From Anthoceros angustus (lineage: Eukaryota; Plantae; Anthocerotophyta): 64,000 nt of DNA. Below the pieces are notes generated by a model. The model was not told where the DNA came from and did not search any database. It saw only the letters and a list, made by a program, of their open reading frames with translations. Shown in pieces: positions 35,617 to 47,800 of the stretch (its first letter is position 1; each line of letters opens with the position of its first letter). Location: NCBI GenBank assembly GCA_010909165.1, contig VJWM01000025.1, positions 2,108,001 through 2,172,000 on the forward strand, read 5' to 3'. The position numbers and the translations under genes were made by a program.

Positions 35617-37929
35617 TTATTCCTGGTGACAACTTCCCTGCTGTGTGATTTCCTCCTCTAATCTCAAGCTCATCTCCCCTAACAGGGCAAACAGTTCGCC
35701 ATGTTCGGAATACTGGCCGCCTCCGACCTCAAAACTGTGCGCTTGCTGCTCGAGCTCAACCCAGCTCTGGCCAGGTCTCTTCCATGCCAACCGCCTTTGT
35801 CTCATAGAATGCGCTTCCACTGCGAGGTCCAGGAAGCCTGCGTCGGCATATATGTGCGACATCAACACGTAAGCGGCTGAATGCTTCGGTTGAAGTTGCA
35901 CGGCGCGACTAAAGGCCTCCTCTCCTAGCTGCAGGTTGCCGTGATTCCGACAGGCAGCAAGCACACACAACCAGATGGCCAGATCAGGCTCCATGGGCAT
36001 TCCTGCCACAACATCTTGCACCCGGCTGAAGCATCCAGCGCGGGCGAACAGATCCACCAATCTGCAGTAGTGGTCAATCTGTGGAGCTATGCCATGGTCG
36101 CTTCTCATGGATTCGAAGTATGCCACGCCCTGGTCCACCAGCCCAGCATGGCTGCAGGCAGAGAGGAGAGCAAGGAAAGTAACCTCATCTGGCTTGATCC
36201 CTGCTATCTTCATTTTTTCATAACATTCCAGGGCTTCTTGAGCGAGCCCATGCTGAGCATACCCTGCCAGCATTGAATTCCATCCCACCACATCCCTGCT
36301 GTGCAAATTGCTGAACATGCTGCAAGCTTCCTGCAGGCTCCCGCATTTCGCATACATGTCCACCAGGCAATTGCCGACGCCTGGATCACCTTCCAGCCCT
36401 CGTTCCCTGATGAGGGAGTGGAGCTCCTTGCCCTCATGCAAGGCTCCGACGCTTGCACATGCTTTGAGGAGGCACAAGAATGTAACGTGGTTGGCTCGAT
36501 CCACCATGCCCTCCTGCAGCATTCTCGTGTAGAGCCTGAGGGATTCCTGTCCGAGCCCGTGCTGGGCGTATCCTGACAGCATCGCGTTCCATGTCCCCAT
36601 GTCCCTCGTGGGCATACCTTCAAACACTCTGCGAGCCTCGTCCAGCCTGCTGCACTTTGCATACATATCCACCAGGCTGTTGCCGACCATGACTGCATCT
36701 TGCAGGCCTCTTTCCCAGACCTGGCAATGCAGCGTCCTGCCATGCTGTAGAGCTCCGATGCTGGCACAGGCATTTAGGAGCAATGTGAATGTGACATGGT
36801 TTGCTGACGTGATGCCCTCTTGCTGCATTCTCGCATAGAGCTGGAGAGACTCTTGGCCGAGCCCATGCTGGGCATATCCTGCGAGCATGGCATTCCATGA
36901 CACCACATCTTTCGTGGTCAAGGAGTCGAACACTCGTTGAGCATCCTCCAAGCTCCCGCACTTGGCATACATGTCCACCAGGCTGCTGGCGAGGATGATG
37001 TCTGATTCGAACCCTCGGTTTTGAATCTGGGAATGGATCTGTTTCCCGTGGTGTAAGGCTCTGGCACTGGCACATGCTTTCAAGAGGCAGGCAAATGTGA
37101 AGTCATCTGGTACGGTCACGCCTTCCTGTTGCATCCTTGCGTACAGATGAAGGGCCTCTTCCCCGAGTCCATGGTTAGCATAGCCTGTAATCATGGCAGT
37201 CCATGTCACCACATTCCTCGCCGGCATGACATCGAACAACCTGCGAGCAGCCTCTAAGCTGCCGGATTTTGCATATCCTGAGACCATGGCAGTCCATGTC
37301 ACAACATCCCTCACGGGCCATGTGTCAAACACTCTGCGAGCATCATTCAAGCTGCCACATTTTGCATACATGTCCACCAGGCAGTTGCCCACAATCACGT
37401 TGGGCTCGACTCCACTCCGCAACACGTGAGCATGAACCTCCCTCCCAGATACCAGGTCTGCAACGCATGCACATGCTTTCAGGACTGCCACAAGAACATA
37501 CACGCTGGGCTTCATGTCTGCCTCCCTCATCTCCTTGTACAGCTTGATAGCATGCTCAGGCTGCCTGTGTTGGGCATGGGCCAGAATCATGGAATTCCAC
37601 ACCGAGGCATCTGCTGGTCCCAGGGTGGTGAAAACCTGAAGTGCTGCCTGCAACCTCCCATGTGAAGCATACATGCGGATCACGTGGCTGGCCAAGTGCA
37701 GGCTCGCCTCGTACCCATTGTCCACAGCAAGGGCATGGACGCTCGTGCCGTGACCCACATGCTTGTGTGCAATGCACCTGGTGAGCACACCGTGGAACAA
37801 AACTGCGGGAACATAGAGACCTTGTTGCACCAGGAGGCCCAACCTCCCAACCACCTCACTCAGGTGACCCTCCTCACAGAGCTTGCTCCAGCACCCACCA
37901 TCCAATCCATGCACAAGCCCTCTTGACAT
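35617..37929 (-). CDS. Intronless PLS-class PPR protein with E/E+ end and no DYW domain (organellar RNA-editing factor type)
   Basis: Repeated LVDMYAKCG / DVVSWNAM / TFxxLLKACA P-L-S triplets, E motifs and PG box KRPGQSWVE, with a stop before any DYW domain. First ATG at 37929; an upstream exon is possible. Confidence 0.92.
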   Translation of the reverse strand: MSRGLVHGLDGGCWSKLCEEGHLSEVVGRLGLLVQQGLYVPAVLFHGVLTRCIAHKHVGHGTSVHALAVDNGYEASLHLASHVIRMYASHGRLQAALQVFTTLGPADASVWNSMILAHAQHRQPEHAIKLYKEMREADMKPSVYVLVAVLKACACVADLVSGREVHAHVLRSGVEPNVIVGNCLVDMYAKCGSLNDARRVFDTWPVRDVVTWTAMVSGYAKSGSLEAARRLFDVMPARNVVTWTAMITGYANHGLGEEALHLYARMQQEGVTVPDDFTFACLLKACASARALHHGKQIHSQIQNRGFESDIILASSLVDMYAKCGSLEDAQRVFDSLTTKDVVSWNAMLAGYAQHGLGQESLQLYARMQQEGITSANHVTFTLLLNACASIGALQHGRTLHCQVWERGLQDAVMVGNSLVDMYAKCSRLDEARRVFEGMPTRDMGTWNAMLSGYAQHGLGQESLRLYTRMLQEGMVDRANHVTFLCLLKACASVGALHEGKELHSLIRERGLEGDPGVGNCLVDMYAKCGSLQEACSMFSNLHSRDVVGWNSMLAGYAQHGLAQEALECYEKMKIAGIKPDEVTFLALLSACSHAGLVDQGVAYFESMRSDHGIAPQIDHYCRLVDLFARAGCFSRVQDVVAGMPMEPDLAIWLCVLAACRNHGNLQLGEEAFSRAVQLQPKHSAAYVLMSHIYADAGFLDLAVEAHSMRQRRLAWKRPGQSWVELEQQAHSFEVGGGQYSEHGELFALLGEMSLRLEEEITQQGSCHQE

Positions 37930-38719
37930 CTTGATCGCAGAGGGGCAGAAGAACACAATTCATGTCATGCCAGCATTCATCGTTCATCCTGGTTTGGCCC
38001 GTAACCTGCCGGCAGGGTAGTCTGGTGCCTGCCACAACCAATTCTGGCTTCTCATGTGATGCGATTTCAAAGTGCTCCCAATCATGCGCTGCACTGGAGC
38101 CGGGTTTCAGCTCGTCCAAGAATCGGAATGCGCCATGCCTTTGGTCGATGACTCGATGCTGTTTTGAATCTTTGGATAATAGGATGCACCATGCTATGTT
38201 AGATGGAAGGAGGGAGCCATGGTGGATGCGGGTGCATGCGGATGAATGTCATCTCTTTTCTTGCATAAAGTCTTCACATTCGCTTATATCAATGGGAAGC
38301 ATATCCCATAATGACATTAGTTTTCTTTAAATATATTTAATCCATTTTATACCATTTATATTTACTTCCTATCTTTTAATTTTTTCTGTTTACGCATTCT
38401 TTTATTTATAGTTATTTTATCTCTGCTAATTTTCTTTTATCTTTAGATTCTTTTTATTTATTTATTCCTTTTTTGGGTCTCGTTTTTTATTATCATTTCT
38501 TTCTTCCAATTCCCTTGATCTATTCATGCGTCATCCATCCTCCTCTTCTGAGAGTGCAAAGGACAACCCTTGTCTAGTTTGTGCTGAATTGTTGAATGAA
38601 ATTGAAGGGGTAAAGTCTTAGATAGGGAAGATGCATAAGGACTTCGACCGGACTACATAGGAGCCCCAAGTATTGCTTCACAGTCACTAATCACAATGCA
38701 ATTCTTCTAGGGGTTCTTT

Positions 38720-39760
38720 TATCATCATGGGAATGGCTGCGGACTCAGTTGGATCACATTCTATGGATGTTTGATGCTCGCTTACCATGCCTCCATATAT
38801 TTCGTAGGCTTCCTCTCTTCATGATGAGGCTTGTCTGCTGTTCCATCTTCCCTTGGACTGTCTTGCACGGAACCCTCAAGATGAGGCGGCTTGGTGCCTA
38901 CCTCTACTTCTCCTTTGTTAGTGGTTGCGGTGTAATAGGGTGATGCACGTGATAATTGGGAGATTGCAACCCGTCTCCGATGTTTTTGGGCAGGTGATTG
39001 GATATCCCTTCTAGAAGAGGGGTTGCGTGCTTCCAAGGCTTAGGCAGAATCGGCACAACAGGTGGACTAGGTCCGAGGTGGTGCAGCAAACCTCCGGTGG
39101 TATAGTGCGTTGGGCCAAGAGGGTGAACATGCCCATGCAACTAGGTCCCTCTGCCCACTTCCTATGGCCCCTGCTTCTAAGGAGATTGTTGCTGTGCTTC
39201 AAGCCCTCCATCCAACCCCTGGGGATTCTATTCCCCTGGACATATTCGACTATGTCCTTGAGGATCATTTTTCTTTGGACCGACCTGCTTTTGCTTTGGC
39301 TCTTTCTACAGCCCCACATTAATCCTCTGTTGGGCTATCAGGCATGGTTTTTTAGCACTGTAGAGACTTCTTTCTGCCAGAAGATCCGTCCAGTGGCTTT
39401 TCTAAGCTCTTTATTCTGGCTAGTGCTGTGGCTCAGGGTGAGACACCTCATTGGATCTCCCAAGTTATGGCGGCTAGCAGGTTGGTCGCTATGGACAAAC
39501 CTCTTCCAAGTTTTGGCATGCACCCACTTGCGATTGGGGAGGCCTTCATGTGGCTTATTAACCGCACTTTCTCCCTTCAATGTTGCACTCTCCTGGAGCA
39601 ACATCTCAATCCCCTTTTATTTGGAATTGCCTATTTTTGGATTTGCCACTCCGAGAGGCTGCGAATCCGTGGTGTTTGGTGTGAAGGCATGCTTAGAATC
39701 TCATGCGGAGTAGGTGGTCTTGCAGGTGGATACTAAAACCACTTTCAATACCACATCAGG
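38720..39760 (+). mobile_element. Decayed CRE/NeSL-like (RLE-type) non-LTR retrotransposon RT fragment
   Basis: Across frameshifts: LDCLARNPQDEAAW, TRLRCFWAGDW, PASKEIVAVLQALHP, GLSGMVF...FLPEDPSSGF, HPLAIGEAF (RPIAVGE-like), FGFATPRGCESVV, VLQVDTKTTFN (LQVD..NAFN-like). Truncated after this motif. Confidence 0.7.
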
Positions 39761-40382
39761 TGGCCGATGTGGTACATGGTACACCATACCATGCCTTCGG
39801 TCTCTGACTCAATGTGGTTTTATCTACATGCTGCAAATTTATTGCGATTTATGTTTGCCTGCAATATTTTTTCTTACGATTTATGACTGCCTCCAATTCC
39901 GCCAAGAGCAACCTGACATGATGTGCAATGCCAAAAAGTGACGTTAGCACGTTATTGCAGAGCTCCAAGTCCTACTATACTGGAGTGAACAATTATTATA
40001 TCCATGTAATGTAATTTAGATTAGCAGTATACTTATATATTTTATTTATTTATTACAGAAAAAGAAATAAAAAAATCTACCATGGAGCAATTTGGTGGAA
40101 GACTACAAAGGTCACATATTCAAGATATACCTAGTACCTCAAAAGATATTAAATCTCCAGATAAAGTAATGGTGCGCAATTTTCCATAAGCGCATAGACT
40201 CCACTACCAAGTCATGCTCCATGACACAGAGTGTGAGAATCAATTTCCCAGTAGGTAAAAGAAGAAGAAGACTATATTAAGTCCACTTGGACGAAATAAT
40301 CATAATAGTTCATAGCTTGGTACTTAACAACTTGTACATTGGTGTGTCTAAGCTACTTACACCAAGGGCATCCACTCCCTTT

Positions 40383-40437
40383 AAGCACCCCATCTAAGTA
40401 CTGATCTAAGCGCAGCATGCTTAATAACGGCGTTCTT
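40383..40437 (-). promoter_or_regulatory. Fourth 5S-ICR-like unit, related to those in the TIR element
   Basis: Minus strand AGAACGCCGTTATTAAGCATGCTGCGCTTAGATCAGTACTTAGATGGGGTGCTT is ungapped to 5S nt ~40-87 (34/48) and shares the non-5S features ATCAGTACT and GGGGTGCTT with unit ~13967-14014. Confidence 0.65.
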
Positions 40438-40504
40438 ATAAATGTGTGTCCATTTGGCCTAATGGTAAAGGCACTCCACACCTCATACATGAAATGGTCA
40501 GAAA

Positions 40505-40655
40505 CGTCCGAGCCACCTGTTGCCAAGGTTCGCCGTTGTCCGCGAGTGCGAACTCAGCTGCCACCAGTGAGACCCATCCGAGCCACCTTTGCGCCTGGGA
40601 GGGCAAACTCACCTGCCACCGGTGAGACATGGCCGAGCCACCTGTTGCCACCGGC
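40505..40655. repeat. Short interspersed direct repeats (CCGAGCCACCT x3; ACTCA.CTGCCACC.GTGAGAC x2)
   Basis: Read directly, just to the right of the 5S-like unit. Confidence 0.75.
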
Positions 40656-41592
40656 TACGCCAAACCGGCGGCTGGCGGGCTTTCTATGCATTCATTGTAG
40701 GGAAAGAATCCCGCCATGCAGACTAGGTTGCAAACAGGAAATTCTACTCAATTTTCTCCACGGGAGTCAGTTCTCCTATGAGGACTGTTACACATTTTGC
40801 AAGACGTTCCAGCCTCAAGTTGATGTACTGCGTGCTATTGTTATGTGGATCTTCAATGCCTTGCTATTTGCTTGAACGGGGCCTTCAGGAGCAGCTTCGC
40901 AACTTCGTGTAGGAGGCAAGCAAACATCACAGAATTGGGTGCCCCATGCCCTTCTGAGAGTATCCTGCTATCATGGCACTCCATGCCACATCTTTTTCGT
41001 GGAGCCTATCGGACACCCTTTGAGCGTCTTCCAAGCTGCCACAATTGGCGTATATGTCCACTAAGCAATTGCTTTAGGCTCAACGCTCCTAGCCGACAGA
41101 TCGGCATACACCTGCTGCCCAGATTTCAAGTCTGCTCCCCCCCTTGCACAAGCCTCAAGGGCTGCTGCAGACACACGTCCATCTGGCCGCATCCGGTAAT
41201 ACAGTTGCATGGCTTGCTTCCCTTATCCGTGTTTCACAGGGGCAGAGGATATGGCAGACCGCGTGAGGGCATCAAATCTGGCAACCTTCGAGCATACATC
41301 CATAGCCTCTCCAACCTGCCGTGAGAAGCATACATTCGCAGAAGTCATGATGATTGCACAAGAACGTGTCCGACTCAGACCCCATCTTCACGACCCGTCC
41401 GCAGATGCTTTTTACCCACACACTCTTCTAGGATCCTTGAACAACTCGGATGAGGGCTGCCAACCTTCAAAGGAACAAAGGGCAACAGCAACACCTGTGG
41501 TTTGTGAATGACACCACGGCGGGTCCCACCACTAGCTATATGATATTTACGAGCAGCCCTCTGATCTCGTGGAGGCAACGGAAGCCCTAGAA

Positions 41593-41601
41593 AAACCCTA
41601 A
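41593..41601 (+). promoter_or_regulatory. Telo-box upstream of RPS26
   Basis: AAACCCTAA ~90 bp before the ATG, typical of plant ribosomal-protein promoters. Confidence 0.7.
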
Positions 41602-41689
41602 ACTGGGTACAAACCACTAACAGCCTGTTGTAGAGACTCTTTTCCGCTCTTCTCTTTCGAGGCGTCATCGGCATCCTGCTCGAGCAACT

Positions 41690-42520
41690 ATGGTGAGTGC
41701 AGCGTGGAGTTTGTGGGAGCAGGGTGGCGTGTGCGAAGTTTCTGGAAGCAGGAGGTCTGTCTGTTGTGGATTCTGTGCTGCGGGAGGCTCAGTGTGGTGG
41801 GTAATGTGCAGACGGTGAAGCGTCGGAGCGGCGGTCGCAACAAGCACGGACGGGGTCATGTGAACCCCATTCGCTGCTCCAATTGTGCTCGCTGTGTCCC
41901 CAAGGTGGGCGGTCGTGGAGCTTTTGGTTTCTGAGTCTATGGCCGGTTGGCTCTCAGCGGCGTTAACGATGGGGCTGTATTACGCAGGACAAGGCTGTGA
42001 AGCGATTTCTTGTGCGCAACATTGTGGAGCAAGCAGCCGTCCGGGATGTGCAGGAAGCCTGCGTGTATGATGGTACGGTTCATCCGCTGTCGTCAATTTT
42101 GTGAGCTGCCAGCCGACCGTGGTGAAGGGGGTGAAGCAAGTGTTGAGCTGTAGATGACGTTGCTGTTAGGGTTTTCGGCCTTACTGCTCAAGGCGTAATG
42201 AATCGTTTTGGCTCTCTGCAGCGTACACTCTCCCCAAGTTGTATGCCAAGATGCAGTATTGCATCTCATGTGCCATCCATTCCCACGTCGTGCGAGTAAG
42301 GTCACGCTCTGCTCGCCGTGTTCGTGAGCCTCCTCAGCGGTACAGGCGCAAGGTAGGCGGGGTGGATGGCTATCCTGGGTTTGAAGGTGCCTTGGGGTCA
42401 TCTGAACTGTTATGGCTGACTGTGTTTTGCTGTTTGTCGATGCTGCAGGAGGATGGCCCTCCTCGCCCAGCTGTAGGAGGCCCAGGGGCCCCTCGCCCAG
42501 CAGGTGCTGCTCCCAAGTAG
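41690..42520 (+). CDS. RPS26: 40S ribosomal protein S26 (eS26), 5 exons, first coding exon = ATG only
   Basis: M|[31 protein letters not shown]|[14 protein letters not shown]...|[27 protein letters not shown]...|...GAAPK*. Confidence 0.97.
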
Positions 42521-44839
42521 TAGGTAGAAGGACATCAGTGGTTGGGATGAAATCCCAGTTCTCGCCACTTGTTGAGGGCAGCCTAAATTTTGCAACTATT
42601 TGTTGTTAAGCATAGGGCTTCCGCTACATTGTACCGGCCCCCTTCGTATTGAATCGAGTAGTTCTGCTTCCGTCCTGGCCCTGCCTACACCCTTAGCATG
42701 TTGTCAGCCTTCCAGCCCCTGAATTTCGTATCTCAGCCGAATTGCTATGTATGCCTATCTCCTGGACTAAGCATTGCCTTCAGCTTATCTGACTCGGGGA
42801 ATGCCTTGTGATTTGGGTTGGTTGCCAGTAGGCGACAACATTAGACGGTGTCTTGCTTTCGTGCATAAGTTGTGCTTGCTCACACGTCGCAGCGTAGGTG
42901 TCTTGTGTTTCCATGCTTTCTCTCGAGCCGATAGGCAGGTTCGCACATTTCTGAATTCTTGTCCGTCTTGTGGATGTCCGCTGCCCAACAGATGCATGAA
43001 TTGCCCATGAGGGTGGCCAGCCATCGCTGGTGCATCCCAAGAGGACCCACTACGATGACGCACCAACCAGTAGGAGGTATCCTGTGTCTGGTGGATGTTG
43101 AAGCTGCAGACTTCTTTGCATCTTCTCACCAGCTGGGTTCGTTTCCTGGATGTGAGTCGTCAATCTGTGTGAAAATTGAATGGAAGTACGAGACCTCGGT
43201 CTGTCATTTCTGTCACTCTTCTTCTTCTGCTGTCGCTTAGACTTCCGGTGCAGTCCATTTATTGCACATGCTATGATCGTATGTGCAGAATTGACAGCAA
43301 ACAGATTTCAGCGTCCCCTGTCCCCACGTCCGAGGCTGTCATTGATGGACACAACCCGTTCCTCATCACATGTGGTACACACTGGTTTCATGCCAAGTGC
43401 AGGAGTTCGTAAAAACATAACTCCTCGAACTGAATCAAACTCCTTCGTCATGTAACAAATCCTGACAATCGATGAAACGTCAGAGCAGGAAAGGGAACCT
43501 GATCCTTTCCTGATCCTCGTGAGTGAGTTGCAATCAGTCGTCACAAGAGCGAGTGTTCCACTTCCCGGCCGGCGCCCGGGGAGTAAACGGCCTTGGGAAC
43601 AGGACGATGCGCGGGAAGTGGCGAATTGCGGCGAAACCACCCACGCGAGCCACCTTTTTGCTTTTTGCCCAAAGTTCAGGACGTTTCGAAACGGCAAGGG
43701 TTTCGTACCGTTTATCGCACATAGGATGCCTTTTACGGGCGGCCCCCGGGCTTGAGTTGCTCGCCACAACCCGAGCATTGCGGTCTGCTGATGGGAAGCT
43801 CTAGACTGGTCGGCGGCTGGTTTATGGTGGGCTCGGCCAGGCTCAGTGTGGCAGCGTTGGACCAGACAGGCGGCGGGTGATGGGCCGGTGCGGGAAGTCC
43901 TTGGATGATTTCTGAAGGGAGTCGGAAGGTTCAGCAGGAGGTGGGAGAACCCATCGCCTGCCTCAGCTAGCTGGTAGCAGGTTTGTAGCCTCCTGCCGGT
44001 CCCCCACAACATCACACCCCTCCACCCCTCCCTCCCCTTCCCTTTCCCTAATCCCCCTCTTTTCCTGCTTCCTGGCCCTCTTCCTTGTCCTGGCGTGTTG
44101 TTGCTTTGCATGTACGCCTGTTGGCTCCATGTTGCTTCCCTCATGTCAGCTCAGTTTGCAAGGGCGGAGTGCTAAGACTCCCGAGGCTAGTAGGAGGTGT
44201 CTTTTGCTTTGCTTTGCTTTGTCTGGTTTGGTTTGAGCTTGGGTTTGTCTTTCTTGCTGTGCTAGTCGTTGGACATGGGTATCTGGAGAGCGGTTTTTTG
44301 GTAGATGGGGCTGGTTGCCTTTGTTTGTGGCCGTTCTATCTTCCTTTTTTGTGTCCTTAGCGGCTTCCCTGGGGTGTCTCTATAATTGAGCAACATTGTG
44401 GGCTAGGCGCATGAAGCACCTAGCTAGCATGTGTAGCCAAGAACATGTAGTAGAGAAACTGTGCGAGGAATAAACACATGTAGTCGAGATAGGCTGCTAG
44501 TTAGCACATGTAGGCAGGAAGCAGCAACGTCCAGTTGTAGAAGTAGCCAGGTGTGGGGAAGGGAACCTCTCGGCTCGCTACCACATGCCTGGCATTGTCT
44601 GCAGTCTTCGAAATGCAAGGAGCAGCAGGAGAAGACAAGGGCAAGACCATCGGGCAGGGTTGTCACCGCTGAAAGCCTCCGGCGGAGCAGCTGAGCAAGG
44701 CTTGCTTGCACATCTGGGCCAGCTCACAAGATGGGAGTACGGTGTAGCTCATGGATTGTGCCAGGTCTGTGAGGTGATTTCCCGATAGCAGACGCTTGTG
44801 GACAGAACCTTGCTTCAGATCAGTTGTGATAAGTCAGAA

Positions 44840-47800
44840 ATGGACCGACGCTCGCTGCAGCACAGTGATGCTGCAGCTGGAGCGCCACAGAGATCCAGTT
44901 CTGGTCCTTCAGGCCTACAGCTTGGTCGTGGGTTGAGTATGGAGTTTCGAACAAGCAGAGTGAAGGTTGAAGCTCTTGATGCCATAAGGGGTGAGCTATG
45001 GCAGGCCAGCGGAAGTGCGATGGATCACAAGTCCTTACCCTACAATGAGGACAACAGGAGGCAGAAGTCTGCCTTGGAGGCTGCGAGCCTTAGTCAAGAT
45101 GTTGTGGCCGTGAAGAGTGAAGAGTGGCAAGGGACTCTTCCTCAGCCGGTAGCCATGAGGACTGTGGGGACAGTGCACTGTATGTCTGCTGGTGGTGCGC
45201 AGTTGAATGAGAGTTCCATAGTTCCGTTTGCAGTTTCTGCTGCAATGCCAGCTTCGACTGCTGGGGTGTCCTCGGAATCTTTGACCCTTGAATCTGACCA
45301 GAGGGACAGAACTCTCATCATTTCTGACCATGTGCCTGACACTGAGTTGTTGCGGGACAGAATTGCAAGTGTCAGAGAGATGAACTTGCGCTCTTCAGCC
45401 AAGCAGAAAGGGAGGGTGGTGGACTGGCCTCTGATTCCTGTTGATAGACTCCCTTTTGGAGTTACCAGAAACATTGTAATCACTAGAGCTGGTGCCGATG
45501 ATGCTGAAGATGGACAACCTGATGGGAGGGCTGTTAGTGCTGAACTAGATGGGCCTCCCTCCTCTTCTAGTGATAGGAGGTCTGGGCACGAGGGTGTGGA
45601 TGGTAGAACAGGGTCTGTTGCCAATGTTGGGACTCCACCGTGTGAGACAGTGGCTTCTGAAGTAGTGGCATGTTCTAAAAAGGATACTTGTGTTTCTGGG
45701 GTTGTTCAGGGTGCACAGGGCAAGGTTAACGGCAATCCAAGTGTATCTATCAGTGGCAGCCATTCCAAGTCAATTCAGGGAATTCGCGAGCAAGTTCTGC
45801 AATCTGATGTGAGGGTGCAGTCTTTGGTAGAAGTCCTAAATGACTTGAGGCCTGTTGACAAGACTGAATCTGTTGCCTACACACCTGTTATTGAAGAGAA
45901 ATACCCAATCAACATTTCAGGGTTTGAATTATCTGGAAAACATTCTGGCACTTCACCTAATCGTGGGGGGGAAAGGATAATTTCAACTTCAGCAGCATTT
46001 GGACACCCTTGGGCCTCCAGAGAGTTTGTATCCCTGCCTGACTTGAATGAAAATGAGGGATCTGCACCACTAATACTGAAGCCCCAAGTTGACAGATGGC
46101 AGGAAGCACAGCTTAGGGCGCAAATACTTGTTTATGGAGCTCTCATGTAGGTGGCTTCTGTCCGTCATAGTTTGTAGCATGCTGTTGTTTACAGTTGTGG
46201 TGATTGTGGACATGGCCTGCTCCTGATTGTCTTCCTGTGGTGGGTGGTGGGGAGGGGAGGGGAGGGGAGGGAGAGGGAGGGGTGTTTGTCTGCCTTTCAA
46301 TTGTTACTTTTTCACCAACGCCTTGTCTGGTTTGCTTGACCAGCCATGGCAACCAGATCAATGAGCCATGGATGGAAACAGCATTTGGGGATGACATACC
46401 AGGTTAGTAAGAACCATCGAGTTACTTGTGTGGACCTGGTGTATTTTTTGCTGCTCAACTAGTTTCAATAAGTATTAGTTGCTTGCTAAAACCGTTTTAT
46501 GAGGTTCCCACATGAAGTTTTGCAGTATCTCCCTCAATGGGGGTAACATTCCTGCTGTGTAACATTCTGACGAAGGTGTTTAGAGCTGGATTTATGGAGC
46601 CAGCCAGACATTTATGATGCTTCTGTAAAACCAGCTTTCTTCCTTGAACGTCCTTGAAATTGGTTCTGGATCTTCTTGACGGACATGTCTGCATGCCTTA
46701 TACAGCTATCCACATGCTGTTGAACCTTTGCATTTCATATATGCTAGGTGTCTGTTGCAGCTATCACAAACGGGTGTTGGCATGCAGCTTTGAATGAAGG
46801 TCAGAATGAAGCTCATGGAGGAAGGTCGCGATGGGAAGGTAGTTGGAGGACAGCTTGTGAGAGAATTCAAGCCTCTTCTGAAGAAATAGCTTCTAGCACG
46901 CCCGCAGCAGAACAAAGGAGTTTTGGAGGGATCATGTCTTCTGGTCTGTCACAGATTAATGACCTCGCCCTGGCAAATGATGTTCCTGTGCAAGCCTCCC
47001 AGGAGCTTGCTCGTATTGTAGATATTCCCATGTCTACTGGTGCCTCTCAACTTGTTGGCACCGAACCAACTGCCGCAGGCCAATCATCCGGAACATCTAA
47101 TCCTGTTGCATCTGCACATCTGCCAGGTGGGGGTGGAAATCCTGGTGTGGTGTCTCCTGTTGTAGTTTCCCTTGACAACGAGGATGTTGCGACAAGAAGG
47201 TTGATGGTGACCACAGAAGCAATTACGACTGTTACAACAGGTCCTGAAGGGGGCGTGGTGGGCAGTATTGCACCAGAAATCGCTCCTGATCCAGCTGGAG
47301 TGGAACATGCTGCCTTAACATGTGCAGAGAACTTCCAGGATGTGACGTCGACTCAGCAACCTGAGACCTCTGATGCTGATATTGAGGCTGGAAATGCAAG
47401 GTCACGCCTAGGCTCTCCCACATCAGGCAAGATATTCTCCTTGGAGGAAATGCACAGTTCTCATGCGAGGCAAGCCTCTTTGACCAAGGGGTGGTCTCCA
47501 CTGGCGGGCATTAACAGTGCAGGAACCTCGTTGATACCCAATGTTGTAACGGTTGCAGAAACTTCAACTCCTTTGTTTCTGCAGACCATCGAGTCCGTGC
47601 CTCAGGACCATCCGGATACCACTGGAGGAGATGTATCGTTCAGGCGAGACAACACAGTTGAAGACCATTCCAATGCTGCAGGAAGAATTGAAGTCTCAGG
47701 TCAGGCTGTTGAAGGTGTGGCTGCAGCAGCTGGAAGTGTTCCATCAACATTGATTGAAAACGTACAGCCAGCATCATCTTCCAGGCAACAGCTTCCACCC

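Noticed and set aside
42750-43460. snoRNA cluster or spliced lncRNA downstream of RPS26
   Set aside because: C-box-like and D-box-like words are not correctly paired or spaced and I recognised no rRNA-complementary guide; the splice-like sites alone are insufficient.
43460-43485. Hammerhead ribozyme (CTGA...GAAAC)
   Set aside because: The CUGANGA core and the required three-stem arrangement are not satisfied.
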